IMG/VR virus record: IMGVR_UViG_3300037054_000044
Coordinates: 1-64,000 of that record
Length of the DNA stretch: 64,000 nucleotides
Source: a virus
Strand: one strand, 5' to 3'
Under the pieces are notes generated by a model. The model worked only from the letters and a program-made list of their open reading frames with translations. It had not been told where the DNA came from and ran no database searches. This document shows, in pieces, positions 18,862 through 28,686 of the stretch (positions within the stretch are counted from its first letter, which is position 1; each line of letters begins with the position of its first letter). The position numbers and the translations under genes were made by a program.

Positions 18862-19455
18862 ATGGCATTCTTAACACTAGCACAACTGACCAAAGCGCAG
18901 GCCGAGGCAGAGGGTTTCCAAAACGGACCCCAACCAGCGCTAAACACTGCGAACTTAGAGACGCAGCGCATAGAAGGCAATACGCAAGTTGCGACTACAT
19001 CTCCAACTCCGTATTACCCTTCGCAAGAAACACCAAATTTGCAACTGTCCACACGGGACATGGCATCGGAACTTGCCAACAACTTTGTCATTCTGGACAG
19101 CATCATAGCGAGTGTTCCTGTCATTTCACAGAGACTTCAACTGCTCAACGCCACTACTGCACAATCGGTTTCTTTGACACCTACCTCTACACAGATGGTT
19201 GCCGTGTCTATGTACCTATCATCGGCGGGGCTGTCGGGAGCAGGGCACGAAGTGCTGGCCACCATCAACTACACCTGTGAACTGGGGCCTGAGGTTATCA
19301 CGGTTACTTTACCTCTGGATGCCCGAACTATCATCATGGAAACATATCCATTGTTGGTACTTGGGGGAACAACTGTTACCCTGAGCACCACGTACGCAGG
19401 TGGAGCAACGAATGACCCGTACAACTTGGACGCCAGATTGGTGCAGATGCCATGA
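18862..19455 (+). CDS. Putative virion protein
   Basis: ELANNFVILD N-motif resembles IIAENFLLID of the 38025 fibre. Confidence 0.55.
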   Translation: MAFLTLAQLTKAQAEAEGFQNGPQPALNTANLETQRIEGNTQVATTSPTPYYPSQETPNLQLSTRDMASELANNFVILDSIIASVPVISQRLQLLNATTAQSVSLTPTSTQMVAVSMYLSSAGLSGAGHEVLATINYTCELGPEVITVTLPLDARTIIMETYPLLVLGGTTVTLSTTYAGGATNDPYNLDARLVQMP

Positions 19456-20057
19456 GCGATAACAAGAGAATGGGCAGCACAGCAGTAGACACAAGCACAC
19501 TTGGTGTTCGTTTTGCCGATGGTACGTATCAGACAACAGCCGCAGCTTCATTGAGTCAGTTCGGCAACGTAGTCACTTCGGATGCAACAGGCATTACCAT
19601 TACCGATGCGTTCGGAAACCTGTTCCAGATGACAGACGGCTATGCTTTTTTGTCTCTGGCCAGCAGTGGTGGTGGTCTCTCAGTATTCTACGATGGGACT
19701 ACCTACGGCGCTGCAGTGTCCGATGGAAATGGCAACGCTCTGTTGCTTGGCGATGGATTTGGAAACTTCAACCTATCAAACGAGTCGGGGCACGCAGGTA
19801 TCATAAGTGCATCAGGGGACACCTGCTATGTGTATGGCAGTCCTTTGTACGTTGGAGTAGCTGGCGGGTTCGCTGGATTGAACATCACCACAAGTGGTGT
19901 ATCAATCGTTGGCTCAGTGTTCAGTATACCCAGCAATGTACCAGCCACAGCATCTTCCACTGGAATAGCAGGGCAGATCGCATGGGATTCTACGCGGCTT
20001 TACCTATGCGTGGCCCCCAACACTTGGCTTCGTTCAGCGGTAATGACCACGTGGTAA
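19452..20057 (+). CDS. Tail-fibre-like protein
   Basis: GVRFADGTYQTTAA; C-terminal PATASSTGIAGQIAWD...LYLCVAPNTW.R. Confidence 0.65.
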   Translation: MSDNKRMGSTAVDTSTLGVRFADGTYQTTAAASLSQFGNVVTSDATGITITDAFGNLFQMTDGYAFLSLASSGGGLSVFYDGTTYGAAVSDGNGNALLLGDGFGNFNLSNESGHAGIISASGDTCYVYGSPLYVGVAGGFAGLNITTSGVSIVGSVFSIPSNVPATASSTGIAGQIAWDSTRLYLCVAPNTWLRSAVMTTW

Positions 20058-20076
20058 AAACCAAACGAGGAGCACT

Positions 20077-20256
20077 ATGATGTCAGGAGTTTTGCTGAGA
20101 AAAGGGAAGTCAAACGGACTGGTCAATATGTACCTTGCCGTTCCAGCAGATGACAGTACACACGTGAGCACAGACCGTGTGATCTTTGTACCAGTACCAC
20201 TTGATTCAACATTCAAAGAGTGCGTAGATGCACTTACGAAAACATCGCTGGACTAA
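20077..20256 (+). CDS. Hypothetical protein (59 aa)
   Basis: GAGGAG RBS; open frame. Confidence 0.55.
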   Translation: MMSGVLLRKGKSNGLVNMYLAVPADDSTHVSTDRVIFVPVPLDSTFKECVDALTKTSLD

Positions 20257-20318
20257 TTACCCAGCGCTAGTGTGGGGGCGTCTCATAGCGCTCCCATGCA
20301 ACCTACTATGAGAGGGAG
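20246..20318 (+). promoter_or_regulatory. SD-occluding pseudoknot leader, copy 3
   Basis: Stem 20270-20280/20289-20299; loop TCTCATAG pairs with CTATGAGA 20306-20313. Confidence 0.8.
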
Positions 20319-20320
20319 CA

Positions 20321-20896
20321 ATGAACGTGCAACCAAAGAAGACCGCAGAAGAAATGCGGGAGTACAAACTGAACTGGTACCACGAAAACAAAACACTAAG
20401 CGGTACGCACAGTAACCAGAACACAGGTAAGACCCACTGCATGCACGGGCACGAGTTTACAGAAGAAAATACAATCCTCAAAACGCAACGAGGAAAAGAA
20501 CACAGAGTCTGCAAGATATGCAATAGAAGAGATGCGAGAGTAATGTCAGAGTTTTTGAGAAAGAATTTGGACAAACTGGACCCAGTGCGTAGAGAAAAGT
20601 ACTTGAAGAGAAAACGCAAAGGGCAACTCAAACGTATAGGGTGGACCCCTGAGAGATTCGATGCTGTTTTTGCAGAGCAAGATGAAAAGTGTTGTATTTG
20701 TGGAAAAGTTTTGAATAGAGAAAAAGATCACAACCATGCCGTAGCACACGCTGACCATGAACATTCTGATCCGCCAAAGCCACGAGGCATTCTATGTGGA
20801 AACTGTAACCTTGGAATAGGAAATCTCCAAGAGAACGTAGAAATTATGAAAGCCGCGATATCATACGTGGAGAAATGGAGCAACCTTGGGGCATAA
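20321..20896 (+). CDS. Endonuclease VII-like putative homing endonuclease
   Basis: KTHCMHGHEF; Q..KCCIC...HADHEH...RGILCGNCN. Confidence 0.85.
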   Translation: MNVQPKKTAEEMREYKLNWYHENKTLSGTHSNQNTGKTHCMHGHEFTEENTILKTQRGKEHRVCKICNRRDARVMSEFLRKNLDKLDPVRREKYLKRKRKGQLKRIGWTPERFDAVFAEQDEKCCICGKVLNREKDHNHAVAHADHEHSDPPKPRGILCGNCNLGIGNLQENVEIMKAAISYVEKWSNLGA

Positions 20897-23800
20897 CCTC
20901 GAACAGCTCGGTTAACTAAGAAGTAAATAGCCGCTCTGTATAGCAATATGCAGATGATTCATCGAGAGAATTCAGGGAATCACCTAGTAATAGGTCAATC
21001 CTGAGCCGAGCCGCGTAAGCGGAAGGTGCAACGACTATCCCTTAGCAGGGAGTAGGGAACAGTGTTCCCGAAGCACTCGACACCCGTCAGGGTGATGATA
21101 TAGTCTGAACTTGTGGGTAACTACAAGAGAGAAAATGGAAACGATTTTCTCGCAACATACTTGACAGCTTCTTTAGATACGATGGGCGGTCTGGTCACCA
21201 ACTGCAACGCTCAAGACCTTCCCGAAGGTGCCTCCCCAAGGTGCTGGGATTGCGACTTCATTATCGGCAGCGTGTTCACTCGCGCTGGCCTGTCCTCAGT
21301 CTATTCCTATGCATCATCTTTGAACATCACGATGCTGCAAGTAGGCAGTGGCAGCGTTGGTACATTTTCGTACTCAGGAAATTCGACTCCCACGGTGAAC
21401 GAAGGGTTCGTGCTTCAGGGATTCTCAGGAAGCGCACAGTCTCTGAACGGGCAAACGATCTTCGTGATCTACGTCAACGCCATCGCTGGTACCTTCACAG
21501 CCGACGTTGCGCTCCCAGCAGGGACGTACATTAACCTTACGGGAACTGCCGTGTCAATCGTTGGGCAGTTCCTTGGGCCTAACATTCCTACCGCAGCCGT
21601 GTCCGTTGCGCTGAGCGGTGGAAACGCATGGCAGACGCCCAACAATGTCATGGGTACCGTAGGTTACGCAACGGTACTGTCGGGGTCCACGGTAGTCACA
21701 TCTCAAGTACCGCTGCTAGCAGGCAGCCTTCCAATAGGCGGCACCGTACTGTGGAACAACCCTAGTTTCCTGAACCACCCCAGCGGAGGCAACACCTTCG
21801 CCAGCATAACCATTGCTGCAGGGCAGGCGCAGAACCCACTCATAGCGTACAACGGTGCACTTGCAGTCCCAGCCGACGCGATTGTTAACGGCGTAACGGT
21901 TGCAGTGTACGCTGGTAGCATGAATGCAGGTGGTTCACTGAGCATTCAACTGGCAGATGGAGACACAGACACAGCCGTAGGCACAGCAGTGAACATTCCC
22001 TTAGCTGTTAACTCAGCTAAAGTGTACTCTGTTGGTTCTGCATTTTACCAATGGGGCACCACGCTGACGCCAGCCATGTTAAATGGCACGCACCTAGGCG
22101 TGATCGTCAAAGCCGCAGTTACCAGTGGATCGACATTCATCTGGGCCAACGGTGTTATAGTCACGGTGTACTACACTTTGGCAGGAAGTTCTCAGGTACT
22201 GAAGACAACTGGGTATGTGTTCTCTGCCCCCTCGACTGCAGGCGTCACAGGCTTCGGGGTCACATTCCAAGCCTTCACCACAGCGACCAACACACTGAGT
22301 GTGCAGTTGCTGAAGAACGGCATTGCAGTAGGTCAGCCAAAGACGCTGGCTCTTACCACGACTCCCACCATATACTCTTTGGGAGCCCCCAGTGATCTAT
22401 GGGGCAGCACGTGGACGTACGCTGACATCAACAACACGAGTTTCGGCGTAGCCATTGTAGCTTCCGATAGCGGCACGGTCTCTATCAATGACCTAGACGT
22501 TCTGGCCTACATTACGCCAGCACAAGTCAATTTCAACTACGTCAAGTCATACATACAAGATGACGGACAGATCGACACCTTGGCACTGGATGCCTCAGGG
22601 CTCATGTGGAAGGAAGACGTAACGAGTGCCCCCGGAGCACTGGCAGTGGTACTGTCAGGCATACTCCCCGGTTCATTTGCTAAAAGTGCCACAGCCGATA
22701 ATAACGAGTACATCATGTTTTCGGACCTAGCAATAGGAACGGACAGACCCCGCGTCTATTTCAGAGGCGAGCAGTTCCTTCCCCTATCGCAAGGTGGTCC
22801 CGGTGCACCTCCTACGGTCGTGGCATCACAAAGCACGGCAGGCGGTACGTTAGCGGTCACGGATTACTCTTCTGATGGAACGGTTATCACTTTCACCTTC
22901 ACTGCTGTTGCTGGCTTCACGCCCGTCATCAACTCCCTGTACACCATTCAAGGGACAGGCGTAGCAGCGCTGGACAACCAGACGTTTGAAGTCGTTGCCC
23001 CAGTATCTGGCACAACCTTCACAGCGTCGTTCGTGCACACGCCTATTTCCGGCAGCGGATTGGTAGGAGCAACGGCTGTCCCGACAACCTCCTATGGAAT
23101 CACGTCCATCGTGCAGGATGGAAACACTTCTAGTACCCCACTTCAAGTTGGTTCTGTTCCATTCAATGGACAGATCACAACGTGGAGTGCTCAAGGACAG
23201 TTTGGAACTGCAGGAACCACGGTACGGTTCTACTACGGCAGTGCAAACTCTCCGCAGAACCAAAGCCTGTTGGACACCATAGCGGCGTATGGCACAGCGT
23301 ACGTGTACATCGTAAGTACTGCAGCATGGCCGACAGCCACCACCATAGGAAGTGGAACATACCAAGTTATTAATACTGGAACTGCTATACCGGGATTCGG
23401 TGAGCACCAACCTGTGCCGTGGTTTGAAATTGCATACGGCTCCTCTAGCGCAGTAGGTGGTCAGCACTGGGGCGATGCTCTAAACACGGGCAACACAGGG
23501 CATTGGCAACAGACGTTGGCAACCGTCACTACTGCAGTGGCTATACCGGGATTAGGTCCGGGTGGCAACCTTACCATACAAGGTGTGAACACATCTTGGG
23601 ATAAAACTTGGACAGTTCTGCAAGCCTTAAAAAGCAATGTGATGAGCATTAGTAGCGTTTCCATGGATGGAAGCGGTGTGGCAACATACGACTACAATGT
23701 GACCAGCGTTCCTGCGGTACTACCTGCGGCTGGTGAAGAAGTCACCATCACAGGCACTACCAATAGTATTGGTGCTCCGGGGATATTCAACACCGTAGGC

Positions 23801-26221
23801 ATCATCTCCAGTGCCAGCGGAACACAGTTTACAGTCGCAGGGTTTACACCCCCTGCAGGAGGTATTCCAAGTACCCCCCAGTCGGGAGCACAAGCCTCAA
23901 CATCTGGCACACAGTTCACGTTTGATCCGGGTCAGACAGTGCCCAATGGAAGCAGCATCAACACCATCTACGGGAACGTAGGGGCTACTGGTTCAGTGTC
24001 CGTTACTAACGGGGCATTTACCCCCATCGGACAGGGCACCAGACAGGCCGTGGTGTTCTTCATCACAACCAGCGGCTACGAGACAACGCCGTCTTACCCC
24101 GTCACCTTCGACACGACGGCTAATTCTAACTTCCTCACTTTTTCAGGTGTTCCAATAGGACCGCCAGACACCGTGGCGAGGGGAATTGCCATCACCGAGG
24201 CTGGACAAAACGGAGTACCGGGAGCAAACTTCTACGTCATCATGCAACCTGTTAAGGACATAGTAAACAGCGTGCCAGTGACGTACAGTTCTACGATCAT
24301 CAACGACAACACAACCACCGACAACATCCAGTTTACTTTCACCGATGCAGTTCTCTTGAATTCCAGAGAGATCGACATTCAAGGTGACAATCTGTTTAAC
24401 TTGATTGAGTTGGGAAGCGCAGCTTGGGTTGTGCCATATGTTGGTCGCAACTTCTACGGCTTGCAACTGAACAAGATTGACAACTGGTGGACAGGTGGTT
24501 CCCTTGCGTTTGACCAAGGATACTTGCCTGCCGCTGGAGGTAACATTCAACCCTTGGGATGGTCTACACTGAACAGCGTAGATCAGACACTGATTGTCAG
24601 TGCCATAACAGGTGATGCTCTGTATATCAAGAACGTGAGTGGAGCAACTGCTCCTATCACAGGAATGGTGTGGCAGACTGCATACCAAGACTACTACGCA
24701 ACGGCGATCCTTAAACCCAACGTCACTTACTCGGTGAGGGTGTCAGCATATATACCCTCGGGCATCACTGTTGGAAACTTAGTGATTGACTTGACGGATT
24801 ACGTCACTGGTATAGGTGCAGGGTTTGCACCTACGTCGTATGGCTCTTTCACCGTGCCGTTCTCAAGCATGTCAACTAACGACCAAGTGTTCACTGGGAC
24901 ACTGCTAACAGTTCCATTCCTGAACCAAGTATCGCCCAACGTACAGATTCGAGTGTATGGGACGAACATGGCAGCGGGAGCGGACCTTGCAGTTGATCGC
25001 ATCGAAGTGTTCGAGACACTGACGCCTTACCTAAAGGCGCAGGTGTACGGCTCCTATGCGAACCAGCCCGAAGCAATCGACGCCTCAGGTACAGGCGGCA
25101 TCATAGACACAACCTCCGAGAATGCACAGCCGTGCATGGGGGCCTTCGTGATGCACAACCTGTTGTACCTGCTGAAGACGCAAAGCTGGTACTCCACTCA
25201 AGACAATCCAAACTCCGAACCCGGAGGTTGGGGGCTTAACGAGGTCTCGAATAAAGTAGGGACAATCGGAATCAACTCCTATGACACAGGAGAAGAGTGG
25301 TGCATCACCGCATGTCGCTCTGGCATCTATGGCTTCGACGGTGGACAACCTACGAAGATATCACAGGAACTGTGGAATCTCTGGGAGTGCATCAACTGGG
25401 ACGCAGGGAACACCATCGTGCTACGCAACGACGTGGTATCCAAGCGTCTCTATGTTGCTATTCCATTACCCACAGGGACTGACCCTGCCACAAGCAAAGC
25501 GCTCCCCTCGGTAAAATGGTTGCCAGCGGCTCCATACAATCCAACTCCAAATTCACCAAACGTTATGCTGATGATGAACTATCAAGGACTAGCTGACATC
25601 AAAGAAATGATGATGTCTCCCGAAGTCCATACTACGATGTTCGGCACTTTGGCAGCAGTTGACATGAAGCGGAAATGGACTATCTGGAACATCGCAACCC
25701 CAGACATGGAATTCATCATGCAGCAGGACGGAGAGTCAACTCCTCTGTACATCTGCAATGGTATCGCATCTTCCAAGATTTATAAGTTGGATCAGAACAA
25801 GTACTCTGATGACGGCCAGCCAATTAACAGCTTGTACACTACGTACGGGTTCGTCAATGCGGCTAAGGCTGCAACGCTGCCGATCTTTGGATTCCATCGT
25901 AAATTATACACTGTTTTCCAAACATCCATCACAGGAGGACAACTGTACAAGAGCACGGCAACCAACGCAAAGATTAGAATGTTGCCAAACACTCTCAATC
26001 CTAAATTCCCGTATACAGTGCCTGTGGGCATACCATTGGTTGATCCTGCTATGGATGACTACTTCCGCCCAATTAACACAGCGGGTAATCGTATGTTTGT
26101 GGAGGTGAGCAGTTTTGCGGTTGGTAGTTGGTTTAATCTTAGTAAGATACTTATTACTGGAAAAGCCGATCCGCACTCTACGCTCAATCCCACGGGCGGT
26201 GGGAACGCAGGTATTGTGTAA
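20886..26221 (+). CDS. Large tail protein (tubular B/nozzle-like with beta-rich insertions), split by an intron (exons 20886-20912 and 21164-26221)
   Basis: GGAG + TTG start gives MGHNLEQLG joined in frame to TASLDTMGGLVTN..DLPEGASP..CDF..GSVFTR. Confidence 0.7.
20913..21163 (+). ncRNA. ORF-less group I intron (251 nt, with P7.1/P7.2 as in IA-type phage introns)
   Basis: P1 CGGU|UA with TAGCCG (U20912.G20930); P3 TCGAG/CTCGA; P7 GACTA 21033-37/TAGTC 21101-05; terminal G21163; frame restored on removal. Confidence 0.9.
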
Positions 26222-26224
26222 GAC

Positions 26225-26253
26225 TTGACTTTATACTAGGAAACTGGTATAAT
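26225..26253 (+). promoter_or_regulatory. sigma70-like promoter
   Basis: TTGACT-17-TATAAT with extended TG. Confidence 0.8.
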
Positions 26254-26257
26254 GATT

Positions 26258-26310
26258 GTAGTGAGGCTCAGCCGTGAACTGCGCCTCACTGCAAATTCCT
26301 TTCACGGAGG
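26258..26310 (+). promoter_or_regulatory. SD-occluding pseudoknot leader, copy 4
   Basis: Stem 26258-26271/26279-26292; loop CCGTGAA pairs with TTCACGG 26301-26307. Confidence 0.8.
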
Positions 26311-26315
26311 AAACT

Positions 26316-26915
26316 ATGTTAAAGAAGTGCACAGTTTGCAATGAAGAGTTTGAAGCATATCGGAGCGGCAAATTATGTTCCGATAAGTGTAGAGAAGAAA
26401 AAGAACTACAAAGAAATAGAAAAAGAGCTAGAACCAAAAAGTACCAAGAGCAGCAACGAAGGTACAGAGAAGAACACCGTGTTGTAGCAGTTAAAAGACA
26501 AAGAACATACTATGCTACTCACAAAGATCGACTCAATTCTACGCGCAGAAAGAAATATGCTAAAAACCCAGAGCCTGCAAAGCTGCAAGCAAAGACTTGG
26601 GCGCAGAAGAACAAACAGAGAAAAACTGCGACTGACAAGGCGTGGGTGAAATCTAACCCTGACAAGTTTAAAGCTGCGCAGCATAGACATCGCACTGCTA
26701 AGAAGAGCAACGGTGGTTCCTTCACCGCCGCTGAGTGGAACGCTCTGTGTAAGCATTACCACAACCGTTGCCTGTGCTGTGGAAAACGTAGGAAACTCAC
26801 AGCAGACCACGTGATCCCCGTGTCCAAAGGTGGATCGAGCAATATTAGCAACATTCAACCTCTTTGCGGACCTTGCAATTCTAGCAAAGGAATAAAGAGC
26901 ACAGATTTTAGGTAG
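26316..26915 (+). CDS. HNH endonuclease
   Basis: CLCCG...TADHVIPVSKGG.SNISNIQPLCGPCNSSKG. Confidence 0.9.
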   Translation: MLKKCTVCNEEFEAYRSGKLCSDKCREEKELQRNRKRARTKKYQEQQRRYREEHRVVAVKRQRTYYATHKDRLNSTRRKKYAKNPEPAKLQAKTWAQKNKQRKTATDKAWVKSNPDKFKAAQHRHRTAKKSNGGSFTAAEWNALCKHYHNRCLCCGKRRKLTADHVIPVSKGGSSNISNIQPLCGPCNSSKGIKSTDFR

Positions 26916-26927
26916 AGGGAGAACTCA

Positions 26928-27554
26928 ATGGCACAAGGTGAAAATCAGCAGGTACAAGGTGGTCGTGAATTGGCGTACATAAACCAACGCGATGCCTATG
27001 CAGGTTCTCTGTTTGGTAGGCTTATAACTGCGATGAACACCCTTGCCAAGAACGCTGGTGTAGCTGCTGTAGGTAAAGTATCACCTCCTCCTCCGATTGA
27101 TGCAATTAACGTACAAGGAGCCTTGTCCGGGGGCATTATGACAGCTCCTTCAGAGATACTTCACTGGACCCTTCAACACTCTCAGGCCATACAGAAGAAC
27201 ATTCATTACTTCAGTGAGATTGACACCGATCCAAACTTCCCAGCACCACACGTCGTTGCCCATGGCGCATCTCGTAGCGCATTTCTTACGCTACCTAAGA
27301 TGGACAACGCAGGAAATGTGCAAACATATTATCTAAGAAGCTACGCGCAGATGCCTGGGTCAAACCCATGTAAACCCAAGGTTCACGGCAACCTTGGTGG
27401 TGCAATAGGAATTCAGATGACAGGTGCTAGTAAAACATCGCTCCTGCCATCAGCAGGAAGTGGCACAGCAAGTCCCAACGGACAGCAGGGTGGGTCGGGG
27501 CTTGGTGTTGTGTTAGACAGACCAGCACCGGGTCCGAAAAGGAATATAGCATGA
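26928..27554 (+). CDS. Hypothetical (probable virion) protein
   Basis: ORF with RBS in the structural module. Confidence 0.6.
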   Translation: MAQGENQQVQGGRELAYINQRDAYAGSLFGRLITAMNTLAKNAGVAAVGKVSPPPPIDAINVQGALSGGIMTAPSEILHWTLQHSQAIQKNIHYFSEIDTDPNFPAPHVVAHGASRSAFLTLPKMDNAGNVQTYYLRSYAQMPGSNPCKPKVHGNLGGAIGIQMTGASKTSLLPSAGSGTASPNGQQGGSGLGVVLDRPAPGPKRNIA

Positions 27555-28057
27555 TTGTTTACTTGGCAACGAACACTGTGAACGGTAAACAATACGTCGG
27601 GCAAACTACGTCAACACTAGAACGACGTTGGCAAAAACATTACCAGTCTGCTCGGGCAAATAATCAACGTCATTACAAGATCAGTAGAGCACTCGTGAAG
27701 TATGGTAAGAATAACTTCACGGTAGAAGTACTTGCTGTCTGTAAGAACAAGACAGATATGGATAAGAAAGAAAAGTACTTCATAAAAACTTTGGAAACCA
27801 GAGAAAAAGGCTACAATATCACCTCTGGTGGAGAAGGCGCGGTAGGGTACAGACATACTTCTGCATCTAAATTAAAAATGCACACCGCACAACTTGGGAA
27901 CACGAAGATGCTAGGCAAGCATACCTCTTTGCTACAAAAGCAGAGAGCAAGTGAGACATGGTTAGGTAGAAAACACACCGCTGAAGCCAAGGCGAAGATG
28001 AGAACCGCAGCCCTGTTACGCCACAGAGAACGCAACAATAAAGGGCAATATTCATAA
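27551..28057 (+). CDS. GIY-YIG/NUMOD3 endonuclease
   Basis: IVYLATNTVNGKQYVGQT...GYNITSGGEG. Confidence 0.9.
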   Translation: MIVYLATNTVNGKQYVGQTTSTLERRWQKHYQSARANNQRHYKISRALVKYGKNNFTVEVLAVCKNKTDMDKKEKYFIKTLETREKGYNITSGGEGAVGYRHTSASKLKMHTAQLGNTKMLGKHTSLLQKQRASETWLGRKHTAEAKAKMRTAALLRHRERNNKGQYS

Positions 28058-28068
28058 AGGAAAATGCA

Positions 28069-28677
28069 ATGATGAAAACAATTTTTGCCCTGATGTTTCA
28101 GGGCGTGTTCCCTTGTTTTATAGGGCTGGGCGGTAGCAAGTTCGCACCTTTAGCAGCGGCCAACACAGCGGCAGCGCAGGGTGCGGTGGGAACGTATGGT
28201 ACTAATGCGGCGACAGAAGGTGCTGCACTAAACCCTTTCTTCACCCAAGAGATGAACGCACAGCATTCCCTAAACCCTAATCAGACAGACGAGATGCTAA
28301 CCGCAGCCGAAAGCGGTGCAGGTGCAGCGACGGGCGCTGAGCAAGGTGCATTGATTAACAACGCCACGCGCACGGGTAATGCTACGGGCGTAACTAAGTC
28401 TCTCGATGAGATGGCTAGGGACAAGGCCAAGGCAGCAGCAGGAGCCAGCGAAGGTATCGCAGCGCAAGACGTAATGGGAGCCAAGGCTCTAAACCAGCAG
28501 GGCGCGGCAGGCATGCAAGGGCTGTACGGCGTCAACACTGGCGCTCAGTTGAACGCTATGAAGCAAGCCAACGCTGATGTACAGACACAACAGGAACTAA
28601 ACCCTGGATGGTTGAAGGGTGTTGAAGGCATTGTAAACACAGCAGCAAACGCGGCTTCGGCTGCAGCCAAATTCTAA
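28069..28677 (+). CDS. Ala/Gly-rich putative ejection protein
   Basis: Composition and position after the tail genes. Confidence 0.55.
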   Translation: MMKTIFALMFQGVFPCFIGLGGSKFAPLAAANTAAAQGAVGTYGTNAATEGAALNPFFTQEMNAQHSLNPNQTDEMLTAAESGAGAATGAEQGALINNATRTGNATGVTKSLDEMARDKAKAAAGASEGIAAQDVMGAKALNQQGAAGMQGLYGVNTGAQLNAMKQANADVQTQQELNPGWLKGVEGIVNTAANAASAAAKF

Positions 28678-28686
28678 GGAGAGACC

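Noticed and set aside
21113-21163. ORF-track N-terminus of the 1702-aa protein
   Set aside because: Lies within the 3' end of the group I intron.
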